This document shows, piece by piece, positions 37,046 through 46,210 of a DNA stretch of 64,000 nt (position 1 is its first letter; the number at the start of each line of letters is the position of its first letter). The translations under genes were made by a program, and so were the position numbers. The stretch is from a virus: positions 32,001 to 96,000 of the IMG/VR virus record IMGVR_UViG_3300022745_000021; one strand, 5' to 3'. The notes below the pieces were generated by a model. That model was not told the DNA's origin. It did not search any database and saw only the letters and a list, made by a program, of their open reading frames with translations.

Positions 37046-37598
37046 GCATCTTCTCCTCGTCACTATCGGGGAAATCATCACCCACAAGTGTCGTGTAGGT
37101 GAAACGCCGCTCCATCGTGTGACCCTCACAGAAGTGCACCATGGTGCGGCGGTTATCGACGGCGATGCTCTGCCCCGGGGCGAGCAGCACGCGGGTCGCG
37201 TAGTCGGGTGCCTGCGCGAGGACATGAGCCAAAGCCTCGTGCGCGCGCTGTGTCAGTGGCAAGGCGTTGGTGTGGCCCCGGAACAGCGTCTCGCCGGTCT
37301 CCGGGCAGGGTTCGGCCATGGCGAACAGCACCTGCCCTTCCCCATGCTCCCGAAAGGTCACGAACTGGCGGTAGAACAGCACCTCGACCAGTTCGTCGGG
37401 CATGTCGCGCACCAGACTGACAATGTCGATCACGTCGATACTGACGTTGTCGAAAAGGCCGACGTTGTGCCACGTCACCATGTCGGCAGGCGCCGGGCGG
37501 TCAGTATCGCAGGCGAACACCACGCCGGGGGCGGGCTTGAAGAAATCCATGCGGTCGCATTGCAACCCGCTGCAACGGGTGACGGTAGCGGTACTCAT
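37038..37598 (-). CDS. TauD/clavaminate synthase-like dioxygenase-fold protein (atypical ligands)
   Basis: VTWHNVG...L.PGQSIAVDNRRTMVH. Confidence 0.55.
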   Translation of the reverse strand: MSTATVTRCSGLQCDRMDFFKPAPGVVFACDTDRPAPADMVTWHNVGLFDNVSIDVIDIVSLVRDMPDELVEVLFYRQFVTFREHGEGQVLFAMAEPCPETGETLFRGHTNALPLTQRAHEALAHVLAQAPDYATRVLLAPGQSIAVDNRRTMVHFCEGHTMERRFTYTTLVGDDFPDSDEEKMRD

Positions 37599-38764
37599 GG
37601 GCGTGGCTCCTCGAAGGCGATCATCGCCCGGGTCGGGTTGTGCTTCTTGGGGATGCCCCGGCGGTAGTTGCCGTTGACGAGGTTCTGCCAGACCCAAAGC
37701 AGCGGCATGTTGTAGCAGGGCGCTGCCCCCTTGCCGCGCAGGCGCTGTCCGTCGCGGCAGGTGCGGGCCTTGTGGATCGCCTTCATCGCCAGCGCTTGCG
37801 CCACCGGGTCGGCGATATTCTCACGCACGTATTGGGTCATGCCGCCCCAGCCGCGCGCGTAGCGGGCGACGGTGCCTTCGATGTCGATGTCCTGCGCGTA
37901 CCGCTCGTGGGTCAGCATTTCAGGCCACATCGTGGTGATCTGCGTGAACAGGGTCGGGTAGCTCTGGCGAAGGCCCTCCAACTTCCCCGACGTTACAAGG
38001 TCGAGTGGGGGTGTTCCGGCCCGCAAGGCGCTACCCGAATGCATATTGATGTCGTAGGCCAGCGTGTAGGGCACGCCCTCCTCGTAGAAGAAGCGGAACA
38101 CGTCCTTGACCGACCAGTCGTAGATCGGCCGGGCCAAGTCCACGCCCTTCATGCCCTCGGTGTGCTTGAACACCCAGCACGTCTCGGGCTGGCCCTTCAT
38201 CAGGACCATGCGGATCATTTCGTTCTCGGTGAAGCGGTGCGAGTTGATAAGCACCGCCCGGCCCTTGGGCTTCATGCAGGCGACGATCGCGCGGCGCTCA
38301 TGCTCGCGCACGAACGGTTCGTTCTTCCCCAGCCCCGGCACCGTCAGCACCGCGTGTTCGGGCGGCAGGCGGCCCCACTTGTCCTTGCGGGTCTTGTCCC
38401 ACAGGATCACGTTCTTGCGCTCGCCTATGACTACCATCGGCTCGACCTGCGGCGCGGCGATCCAGCACCCCTCGAAGCGCGGATCGGCGAAGTAGGTCTC
38501 GACGGTGCGGATCACCTCGTCTTCGATGAACTCCATGTCCACGAACGAGAAGCGCACCGGCCGGGCCGTCATCCCCATCTTGTCGTAGGTGCGGCGCAGA
38601 AGCTCCAGCGTGAGACCGCTGTCCTTGCCGCCCGAGTACGTGACGATGATGTCGTCGTAGCTGCGGACAAGGTACTCCATCCGGGCGTAGGCGGCTTCGA
38701 GCACGGTGTAGGGCAGGAACTCGGTCTTGCCCGCGTACGTGACCTGTTCGTAGCTCTCGCTCAT
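37595..38764 (-). CDS. IbrA-like PAPS-reductase/PP-loop protein
   Basis: YSGGKDS PP-loop, FVDME, R..E...R and RPIYDWSVKDV. Confidence 0.85.
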   Translation of the reverse strand: MSESYEQVTYAGKTEFLPYTVLEAAYARMEYLVRSYDDIIVTYSGGKDSGLTLELLRRTYDKMGMTARPVRFSFVDMEFIEDEVIRTVETYFADPRFEGCWIAAPQVEPMVVIGERKNVILWDKTRKDKWGRLPPEHAVLTVPGLGKNEPFVREHERRAIVACMKPKGRAVLINSHRFTENEMIRMVLMKGQPETCWVFKHTEGMKGVDLARPIYDWSVKDVFRFFYEEGVPYTLAYDINMHSGSALRAGTPPLDLVTSGKLEGLRQSYPTLFTQITTMWPEMLTHERYAQDIDIEGTVARYARGWGGMTQYVRENIADPVAQALAMKAIHKARTCRDGQRLRGKGAAPCYNMPLLWVWQNLVNGNYRRGIPKKHNPTRAMIAFEEPRP

Positions 38765-39402
38765 TACAGCGCCCCCCCGAACTCGGCCATGAACGCGGTG
38801 ATGCGCTCGGCCACGGTGATTGCGTCGGGGTAGCGCGCGGCCAGCCAGTCCATGCGGTCGAGGAACTGGAACAGGCGCGGCTGGTCGGTGAACTGGAGCG
38901 TGGTGGTCGGGGACTTGTCGATGGCAAACTTGGCCCCTGCCCCACTGCCCGAACCGCCGCCGCCTTGCGCGGCGCCTTCCTGTTCCTGCCGGAAGCGCAT
39001 GAACGCGACGTCGTCCTCGGTGAAGCCAACGGCCTCATACTGCGCACGGTCGAGCGCGATGCGGTCGAACTCGTTCAGCACCTCGCGCTCGTCCATCGGG
39101 GACAGCTGCTGGATGCGGTTGTGCGCGATGGCGTAGGCGCGGCGCTTCTCGGCGCTCTCGAACTTGATCGGCAGCACCGGCACCTGCGCGATGCCCATGC
39201 GCTTGGCCGCGTAGAGCCGCCCGTGGCCTTCAATGACGATCAGCGTGTCGGCGCAAACCCCGATCGGGTCGTTGAACCCGAAGTCGCGGATCGACGCCTC
39301 GATCTGGCGCAGCTGCTCGTCGGAGTGGGTGTTGACGTTGCCCTCGTCGGGGATAAGCGTGGCGACGTCCGCAAGGACGATGGTGCCGGGGGTCAGTGCC
39401 AT
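38764..39402 (-). CDS. ParB-like N-terminal domain protein
   Basis: N.NTHSDEQL.QI.ASI..FGFNDPI...IEGHGRLYAAK...IAHNRI. Confidence 0.85.
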   Translation of the reverse strand: MALTPGTIVLADVATLIPDEGNVNTHSDEQLRQIEASIRDFGFNDPIGVCADTLIVIEGHGRLYAAKRMGIAQVPVLPIKFESAEKRRAYAIAHNRIQQLSPMDEREVLNEFDRIALDRAQYEAVGFTEDDVAFMRFRQEQEGAAQGGGGSGSGAGAKFAIDKSPTTTLQFTDQPRLFQFLDRMDWLAARYPDAITVAERITAFMAEFGGAL

Positions 39403-40097
39403 GACAGGTTCTCCACGTTCTCGGCGCTCGCCGGGTTGGCGCGAAGGCCGGTGGGCGTGAGGTTGCCGGCGACGGCGTCGGCCAGCACCGCCTCAAAGGT
39501 ATCCCCGGACCCCTCGCCGTAGGTCGCCTGCGCCTTGACCATGAACGCCTTGAAGCGGTCGCGCTCGGCCTCGGTCGCCCAGACGATCTCGAACTCGGCG
39601 GGGGCGGCGTTGGTGTGGCGGGTCTCGGTGGTGGTGCCGTTGGTCGGCACCGGGGCATCGACCATCTGGAACAGCGTCGCGGCCGATGCGCTGTCGAAGC
39701 CCATGTCGGCGAAGTTGGCGTGGGCACCCTCGACGATCTCGCGCAGCTGCGCGGCGAGCGCGGCGAAGTCGAACGTCGAGTTGAGCGCGATCTTGTTGTG
39801 GGCGATGCGGTACAGGTCGATCATGTCCTGCGTCAGGTCGGCAGACAGCACGATCACCGGCACCGTGTCCATGCCCAGCTGCATCGCGGCCATCAGGCGG
39901 CCATGCCCCTCGACGATCACCCCGTCCTCGGTGATGCCGATCGGATCGTTGAACCCGAACGCGGTGATCGACGCCTTGATCGCCTCGATCTGGCTTTGCG
40001 GGTGGGTCTTGCTGTTGTGCGCATAGGCCCGAAGCTCGCTGACAGCGCGGGTGTCTTGGCGAATGCGCAGAACGGGTGTGGGGCTGGCTTTGCTCAC
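39393..40097 (-). CDS. ParB-like N-terminal domain protein
   Basis: NSKTHPQSQI..I.ASI..FGFNDPI...VEGHGRLMAA...IAHNKI. Confidence 0.85.
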   Translation of the reverse strand: MSKASPTPVLRIRQDTRAVSELRAYAHNSKTHPQSQIEAIKASITAFGFNDPIGITEDGVIVEGHGRLMAAMQLGMDTVPVIVLSADLTQDMIDLYRIAHNKIALNSTFDFAALAAQLREIVEGAHANFADMGFDSASAATLFQMVDAPVPTNGTTTETRHTNAAPAEFEIVWATEAERDRFKAFMVKAQATYGEGSGDTFEAVLADAVAGNLTPTGLRANPASAENVENLSWH

Positions 40098-40146
40098 AGG
40101 GCGGGTTCCTTCGTTATTTGCTACCTACATATGTTGCCTGCACGCG

Positions 40147-40965
40147 TCAACCGGCTTGCGGCGAATTGCGCGCCGGGTTGCGTTCCGGGGTGCGCGCCGA
40201 GTTGCCAAGGAAGGCGGGCACGTGGGCTTCGGTGTAGGTTTTCCAGCCCTTGACCCAGCGCGCCGTCAGCGCCGAGCGGACGATGTCGCGCTCCGTCAGG
40301 CGGACCACGGCGACGTCTTCCATGCGCGCGGCGTTGGCGATGGCGATCACCGCTTGCAGCCCGTTGCAAAGTTCGAGGTCGGTCTGCTCGATGTCGCCGT
40401 CGATCACGACCTTGGTGTTCTCGCCGATGCGGGTGGTGAACAGCTTCATCTGTTCGACCGTGGTGTTCTGCGCCTCGTCGAGGATCACGAACGCGTCCTC
40501 GAACGTCAGGCCGCGCATGTAGGTGAACGGCTCGACCCGCAGCGTCTTGGCGCCGATCATCGCCTTGATCGCGGCGTCCCCCAGCCGCTTGCGCAGCACC
40601 GCGACGATCGGTTCGGCCCACGGCGCGAGCTTCTGGTCGATGTTGCCGGGCAGGAAGCCGTGCTTCTCGCCGCCCGCTTCGACCGCCGGGCGTACGAGGA
40701 TGATCTGCTTGATCTGGCCCGCCTTGAACATTTGCGCGGCGAGGCTGGCGGCAAGGAACGTCTTGCCAGTGCCCGCCGGTCCCAAGGCGATCGTCATGGT
40801 GTTGGTCTTGAGGCTGGCGAGGTAGCGTTCCTGTCCGGGGGTCTTGGGTTTGACGGGGGCTTGGGTGGTCTGGAAGGTCTCGGCTTGGGTCTCCTGCCGG
40901 GCGCGGCGCTTCTCGGCTTTAGTCGGCCGGGCGCTCTGACGTGGGGTCGGACGGGGAGCATTCAT
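40147..40965 (-). CDS. phoH: PhoH-family ATPase
   Basis: GPAGTGKT, RPAVEAG, GFLPG, YMRGLTF, LDEAQN, TRIG and GD..Q.D motifs. Confidence 0.95.
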   Translation of the reverse strand: MNAPRPTPRQSARPTKAEKRRARQETQAETFQTTQAPVKPKTPGQERYLASLKTNTMTIALGPAGTGKTFLAASLAAQMFKAGQIKQIILVRPAVEAGGEKHGFLPGNIDQKLAPWAEPIVAVLRKRLGDAAIKAMIGAKTLRVEPFTYMRGLTFEDAFVILDEAQNTTVEQMKLFTTRIGENTKVVIDGDIEQTDLELCNGLQAVIAIANAARMEDVAVVRLTERDIVRSALTARWVKGWKTYTEAHVPAFLGNSARTPERNPARNSPQAG

Positions 40966-41359
40966 CGTCGTGTCCTTTCAGGGAGGCGCGCTGCTCTGCC
41001 GTCGTCTTGCGAACGTGACAGGGGATGCACAAAATCTGGATGTTTTCCGGTAGCCAGTACCGGATGTCGCGCGGCGCATCGCGCAGGCGGCGCACGTGAT
41101 CGACGTGCCACGCATCGTCGAGACGGTCGGCCTTCTTGCCGCACGACGCGCACTTCCCCTTGTCCCGGCGGAACAGGAAAATGCGCGCACACTTGGGATC
41201 GGATGCGACCAGATAGAGGTCGAGGCAGCGCGCGTGCCAGCGGCGCGGGCGGCCATTCTTGCCGGGGATAGTCGGTTCGCCGCACATACGACACAGGCCA
41301 GCCGGCGCGTTGCCAAACGGCAATTCAGGCGGTCGGCGGTGGTCGGTCGTGTCGGCCAT
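40919..41359 (-). CDS. HNH endonuclease
   Basis: RDKGKCASCG...WHVDH...ENIQILCIPCHVRKT. Confidence 0.85.
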   Translation of the reverse strand: MADTTDHRRPPELPFGNAPAGLCRMCGEPTIPGKNGRPRRWHARCLDLYLVASDPKCARIFLFRRDKGKCASCGKKADRLDDAWHVDHVRRLRDAPRDIRYWLPENIQILCIPCHVRKTTAEQRASLKGHDDECSPSDPTSERPAD

Positions 41360-41414
41360 CGGTCCCTCCGGGGTCACCCCCTAGATAGGGATCGTCCCCC
41401 TAGACGTGTAGGGG

Positions 41415-42593
41415 TCAGTCAAGCATTTCGGGTGTGATCGTATGCGAGCCGAACTCGCCGTAGGCACGGTGGTAGATCACCGTGTCGATCCGGCGTTCGC
41501 TCCACCAGCCGCCGCGTGCCGCGTGGGCATCGCGCGCCGCCATGGTCGGGTGCTGGCGCAGTTCGCAGCCGGGGTAGTCCTTGATCTCGCGGTGGTGGCG
41601 GTGGCCGGTGTGGATGTAGACCTTGGCGCAGCGCCCCCATGCTTCGCGGAACTGCGCGGCGAACAGCGCGGGCAGGCTCTCGTTCTTGCGCAAGTGGCCG
41701 TGGTGGAAGCCCAGCAGCGTGTTGCCCCACTCGATCGCGTAGAACGGCAGGTCGCTATCGTGGACGGTGACGCGCGGCTCGTTCTCGTAGAGGCAGGCGA
41801 ACAGCTTGCGGAGCCACAGCGACGAGACGATGTCGTGGTTGCCCTCGGCGATCAGCAGGATGACGTGGCGGTGCTTGGTCAGCGCCTGCGCGACGAGGCC
41901 CCGGATCAGGCGGATGGCGATCTCGACGACCTTGCCGAAGCGGCTGTCGGCATCGAGCACGTGCCCGTGGGTCGGGGTGATGGCGGCGAGGCCATCGTAG
42001 TGCATGAAGTCGCCTTGGATGTTGACGAGGCCGGTGTCGGCCGCCGGGCTGCCCGCCACCATCGCGGCCATGGCCTTGCGGGCGGTGTCCTCGGCGATGC
42101 CGGTGTCCCAGTCGGCCCCGCCTTCGCGGTGCCACGCCATCATGCCCAGATGGTAGTCGGTGAAGGTGTAGAGCGCCAGCAGGTCCTTCTTGACCTTGGC
42201 GCTGAACGGCACCGGCGCAGCGTGCTTGATCTGCTCGGACATCGCCGCGACCGCGTGTTCGAGCGCGCGCAGCACGTGCGCCGCGTCGGGGTTCTGGCGC
42301 TCCCATGTACGCTCGACGACGCCGTCCCGGTCCCGCGCCACGGTGACCTTGCCCATGGCGTAGCCCGGGGCGACGCCGTGGTTGAAGTGGCCGGGCGCGA
42401 AGCCCGACAAGGACGCCTTGGTCTTGAGCGCGCGGAGCGAGCGGGCGACCACGTCGTTGGACAAGCCCAGCGCGGCGTTGGCGGCGGTGGCATTGCCGTG
42501 CTTGGCGATGGCGTCGAGAAATTCGCGCTGCCGGGGCGAGGCGAGATCGTACAAGCGTTGCTGGTACTCGGCGGATTGGTCGATGTCGGCCAT
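41415..42593 (-). CDS. Metallophosphoesterase-superfamily protein with an N-terminal HTH
   Basis: TDYHLG, GDFMH, GNHD, HHGH and TGHRH motifs. Confidence 0.8.
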   Translation of the reverse strand: MADIDQSAEYQQRLYDLASPRQREFLDAIAKHGNATAANAALGLSNDVVARSLRALKTKASLSGFAPGHFNHGVAPGYAMGKVTVARDRDGVVERTWERQNPDAAHVLRALEHAVAAMSEQIKHAAPVPFSAKVKKDLLALYTFTDYHLGMMAWHREGGADWDTGIAEDTARKAMAAMVAGSPAADTGLVNIQGDFMHYDGLAAITPTHGHVLDADSRFGKVVEIAIRLIRGLVAQALTKHRHVILLIAEGNHDIVSSLWLRKLFACLYENEPRVTVHDSDLPFYAIEWGNTLLGFHHGHLRKNESLPALFAAQFREAWGRCAKVYIHTGHRHHREIKDYPGCELRQHPTMAARDAHAARGGWWSERRIDTVIYHRAYGEFGSHTITPEMLD

Positions 42594-42672
42594 AAGTCCC
42601 TCCGGGGGTTGCACCCGGTAGATAGGGACTTATGGCTACATGTGTAGGGTTGGTGTCAACTACGCCCCGCAA

Positions 42673-43065
42673 CTACGCCTTGTCGGCGCGGTCCTGCGCG
42701 GCCTTGTCCGAGTAGACCAACCCGGCGTAGCGCTTGGCGAGCTTGGCCTTGTTGGCACCGAGCGTAGTCTCGCGGCTGATGCCGAGCGCGGTGCGGATGC
42801 CCTGCATGAAGAACTCCAGATCGCCCAGTTCCTCGATCACGTTCGTCATGTCGAGCGGCTTCTGGTAGACGACGTGCGCCTTGATCGCGTCGAGCAATTC
42901 GCCCGCCTCGCCGGCAACGCCCGTCCCCATGTGCCACAGGTTGGCCTGTTCCGCCGTCAGGGCGGCGCGCACGTCCTCGCCGGGCTTGTTCAGCGTTGCG
43001 ACAAATTCATGGTAGGGCAGGCTCGCGAGCTTGGCGTCGGTGATGTCAGGATTGGTGTCGGACAT
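42673..43065 (-). CDS. MazG-like nucleotide pyrophosphohydrolase
   Basis: GVAGEAGELLDAIK...EELGDL...N..KL..RY. Confidence 0.85.
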   Translation of the reverse strand: MSDTNPDITDAKLASLPYHEFVATLNKPGEDVRAALTAEQANLWHMGTGVAGEAGELLDAIKAHVVYQKPLDMTNVIEELGDLEFFMQGIRTALGISRETTLGANKAKLAKRYAGLVYSDKAAQDRADKA

Positions 43066-43091
43066 GGGGTAGGCTCTCCGGTTGGTTGGGG

Positions 43092-44939
43092 TTACTGGCA
43101 GGCTTCGCAGGTTTCGTACTTGGCATCGCCCTCGGGGACGAACACCGACGGCTTGTCGAGGGTGTTGTCGGCGTCCACCGCGCCCGCGATTGCAGCGCGT
43201 TGCACCGACTTCGAGCGCAGGTAGTACAGGCTCTTGCTCCCGCCTTCCCACGCCAAGAAGTGCAGCAGGAACATTTCCCACTTGTCCACGTCGCCGGGCA
43301 CGAACAGGTTCACGCTCTGCGCCTGCGAGATATACTCGGCGCGCGCATTCGACATGCGCACCAGCGCGAACTGGTCGATCTCGAAGCTGGTCTTGAACAC
43401 GTCCTTCTCGTCGGCAGCTAGAAATTCCAGATGCTGCACCGAGCCGCCGTGTTCGAGGATCGAGGTCCACGTCGCCTCGTTGTCGGCGCCGTAGCGCGCC
43501 AGCGTCTCGGCAAGGTAGGGGTTCTTGACGACGAAGCTGCCCGACAGCGTCTTGTGCGTGTAGACGTTGGCGGGGATCGGCTCGACGCCCGCGCTGGTCC
43601 CCCCGGCGATGATCGAAATGCTCGCGGTCGGGGCGATCGCCATGGTGTTGGAGAAGTATTCGGCCTCCTCCATCGGGAACGCCTCGGGGTCGAGGTCATG
43701 CGCGTCCTGCCAGTCGGCGCACGGGCCGCGCTGCGCGGCGAGCTTGCGGCTGGCCTTGGTCGCCTCGGCGTTGATGTGAGCGAAGATCACCTCGTTCCAC
43801 TGGTCGGCGGACGAGCTATCGAACGGCACCAGCAGGCTCTGGAGCAGCGAGTGCAGCCCCATCACCCCCAGCCCCACCGAACGCTCGTTGAGCGCGGCAT
43901 AGACCGCCCGCGACATCCCCGCCGGGGCCTTGTCGGCAAAGTCGGTGAGCACGTTGGCGAGGAAGCGCATGACGTCTTCGATGAAGCGCTCGTCGCGGCC
44001 CCACTCGAAGAACTTCTCGGCGTTGAGCGAGGACAGGCAGCACACGGCGGTGCGGTCGATGCCGTGGTGGTCGGGGCCGGTCGGTAGGGTGATTTCCGAG
44101 CACAGGTTGCTCGTCGTCACCATGAGGCCCAGTCGCTTGTGGTGCTTGGGGATCGCCCGGTTCACCGTGTCGGAGAACACGATGTAGGGTTCGCCGGTGG
44201 CAAGCCGCGTGTCGATGATCTTCTCGAACAGCGTGCGCGCGTGCACGGTCTTGCGCACCGAGCCATCCTTGGGGGAGCGCAGGTCCCACGTGGTGTCGGC
44301 GCGCACCGCCTCCATGAACGCGTCGGGGATCAGCACGCCGTGGTGCAGGTTCAGGCTCTTGCGGTTGAAGTCGCCCGACGGCTTGCGGATTTCGAGGAAC
44401 TCCTCGATCTCGGGATGGGCGACGTCGAGGTAGACCGCCGCCGAGCCGCGCCGCAGGCTGCCTTGGCTGATCGCCAGCGTCAGGCTGTCCATGACGCGCA
44501 CGAACGGGATGATGCCCGACGTCTTGCCATTGAGGCCCACCGGCTCGCCGATGCCGCGCACCTTGCCCCAGTAGGTGCCGATGCCGCCGCCGTTCGAGGA
44601 CAGCTTGAGGTTTTCCGAGTAGATCGCGTCGATACCGTCGAGACTGTCGGGCACCTGATTGAGGTAGCACGAAATGGGAAGGCCCCTGCCCGTTCCGCCG
44701 TTGGACAGCACCGGCGTCGCCGGCATGAACCACAGCTGCGAAATGTAATCGTACAGCCGCTGCGCGTGCGGGCCGTCATCGGCGAACGCGCAGGCAACCC
44801 GGGCGAACATCATCTGGTAGTTCTCGCCGGGCAGCAGGTAGCGATCGTCGAGCGTCGCCTTGCCGAAGTCGGTGAGGAGCGCGTCGCGGTCGCGGTCGAT
44901 GGCGATGGCGAAACGGGGTCCGAAATAGGTTTCCAACAT
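43092..44939 (-). CDS. nrdA: Ribonucleotide reductase class Ia alpha subunit
   Basis: PATPVLSN, PISC, RRGS, SNLCSEI, AIAPTASIS, SQAQS, KSLYY and a C-terminal CEACQ. Confidence 0.97.
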   Translation of the reverse strand: MLETYFGPRFAIAIDRDRDALLTDFGKATLDDRYLLPGENYQMMFARVACAFADDGPHAQRLYDYISQLWFMPATPVLSNGGTGRGLPISCYLNQVPDSLDGIDAIYSENLKLSSNGGGIGTYWGKVRGIGEPVGLNGKTSGIIPFVRVMDSLTLAISQGSLRRGSAAVYLDVAHPEIEEFLEIRKPSGDFNRKSLNLHHGVLIPDAFMEAVRADTTWDLRSPKDGSVRKTVHARTLFEKIIDTRLATGEPYIVFSDTVNRAIPKHHKRLGLMVTTSNLCSEITLPTGPDHHGIDRTAVCCLSSLNAEKFFEWGRDERFIEDVMRFLANVLTDFADKAPAGMSRAVYAALNERSVGLGVMGLHSLLQSLLVPFDSSSADQWNEVIFAHINAEATKASRKLAAQRGPCADWQDAHDLDPEAFPMEEAEYFSNTMAIAPTASISIIAGGTSAGVEPIPANVYTHKTLSGSFVVKNPYLAETLARYGADNEATWTSILEHGGSVQHLEFLAADEKDVFKTSFEIDQFALVRMSNARAEYISQAQSVNLFVPGDVDKWEMFLLHFLAWEGGSKSLYYLRSKSVQRAAIAGAVDADNTLDKPSVFVPEGDAKYETCEACQ

Positions 44940-44942
44940 GTG

Positions 44943-46022
44943 TTACGCTCCCACCTTGCAACGCGTTGCACTGGCAGCGCTGGCGGCCTGCAATCGGTCA
45001 AATTTCGCCCACACGCCGTCGGCGCCGGACCACGTCCCCCGGCTTGCGCCCTTGGAGTATTCGGTCGCGCGGGTCTCGAAGAAGTTGGCGTGCTCGACGC
45101 CGTTGAGGAGCGGCGACAGCCACGGCAGCGGGTGCGCACTCTGCCCCGGGTGATAGCCGTAGAGGTTGGCGTCGAGCCGCAGCTGCGCCAGCCGCCAGTC
45201 GGCGAGGTAGCGGATGTACGCCTTGAGGTCGTCGGCCGTCATGCCCTCGACCGGCCCGGCCTCGAACGCGAGGTCGATGAACGCGTCCTCCAGCCTGACC
45301 GTGTTGCGGCAGCATTCGACGATGTCGTCGCGCACCGCCGGGGTCATCGCCCCGGTCTCGCGGCACCACTCATGGAACAGGCGGATGATGCCCTCGCAGT
45401 GCAGGCTCTCGTCGCGCACCGACCACGTGACGATCTGCCCCATGCCCTTCATCTTGTTGAAGCGCGGGAAGCCCATCAGCATCGCGAACGAACCGAACAG
45501 CTGCAAGCCCTCGGTGAAGCCGCCGAACATCGCCAGCGTGCGCGCCACGTCCTGCACGGTGTCCACCCCGAAGGTGCCCATGTAGTCGTGCTTGGCGCGC
45601 ATGGCGTCCAGCTGCATGAACACCCCGTACTCGCTTTCCGCCATGCCGATCGTGTCGAGCAGGTGCGAGTAGGCCGCGACGTGGACGGTCTCCATGTTGG
45701 AGAACGCCGCCAGCATCATCTTGACCTCGGTGGGCTGGAAGATGCGCCCGTACTTGTCGTGGTAGCAGTTCTGCACGTCGATGTCGGCCTGCGTGAAGAA
45801 CCGGAAAATCTGCGTGAGCAGGTTGCGCTCGGCGTCGGTGATCGTGCCGTCCACCCATTGCTTGCAGTCTTCGCCGAGCGGCACTTCCTCGGGCATCCAG
45901 TGGATTTGCTGCTGGCGCTGCCAGAACATATGCGCCCACGAGTAGCGAAAGGGCTTGTAGGCGGTGCTCGCGGTGAGCAATCCGGGGGTCGGGGCGGCGA
46001 GATTTGGGGCGTTTTCGATCAT
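44943..46022 (-). CDS. nrdB: Ribonucleotide reductase class Ia beta subunit
   Basis: W.PEEVP, ETVHVAAY, EGLQLF, RDESLH and NFFE.RATEY motifs. Confidence 0.97.
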   Translation of the reverse strand: MIENAPNLAAPTPGLLTASTAYKPFRYSWAHMFWQRQQQIHWMPEEVPLGEDCKQWVDGTITDAERNLLTQIFRFFTQADIDVQNCYHDKYGRIFQPTEVKMMLAAFSNMETVHVAAYSHLLDTIGMAESEYGVFMQLDAMRAKHDYMGTFGVDTVQDVARTLAMFGGFTEGLQLFGSFAMLMGFPRFNKMKGMGQIVTWSVRDESLHCEGIIRLFHEWCRETGAMTPAVRDDIVECCRNTVRLEDAFIDLAFEAGPVEGMTADDLKAYIRYLADWRLAQLRLDANLYGYHPGQSAHPLPWLSPLLNGVEHANFFETRATEYSKGASRGTWSGADGVWAKFDRLQAASAASATRCKVGA

Positions 46023-46028
46023 ATTGGT

Positions 46029-46057
46029 AACCTACACGTGTTGCCCTTGGGGGTCAA
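46029..46057 (-). promoter_or_regulatory. nrdBA promoter with motif B overlapping the -10; probably a leaderless transcript
   Basis: TTGACC-17-TAGGTT, then ACCAAT and ATG; no SD. Confidence 0.7.
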
Positions 46058-46149
46058 GCGAAATGGGTGTCCCTGCACCGGGTTGCAATGGGTGTTCCGC
46101 ACGTGATCCGCACGTGATCCGCACGCGATCCGCGCTGACGCAGGACAGC

Positions 46150-46185
46150 AAAAAGCCCGGAAGGGATTGCTCCCAACCGGGCTTT
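46150..46185 (-). terminator. Rho-independent terminator
   Basis: AAAGCCCGGTTGGGA-GCAA-TCCCTTCCGGGCTTTTT. Confidence 0.85.
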
Positions 46186-46210
46186 CCGGGGCCGTGAGGC
46201 CGCAGCGCCG

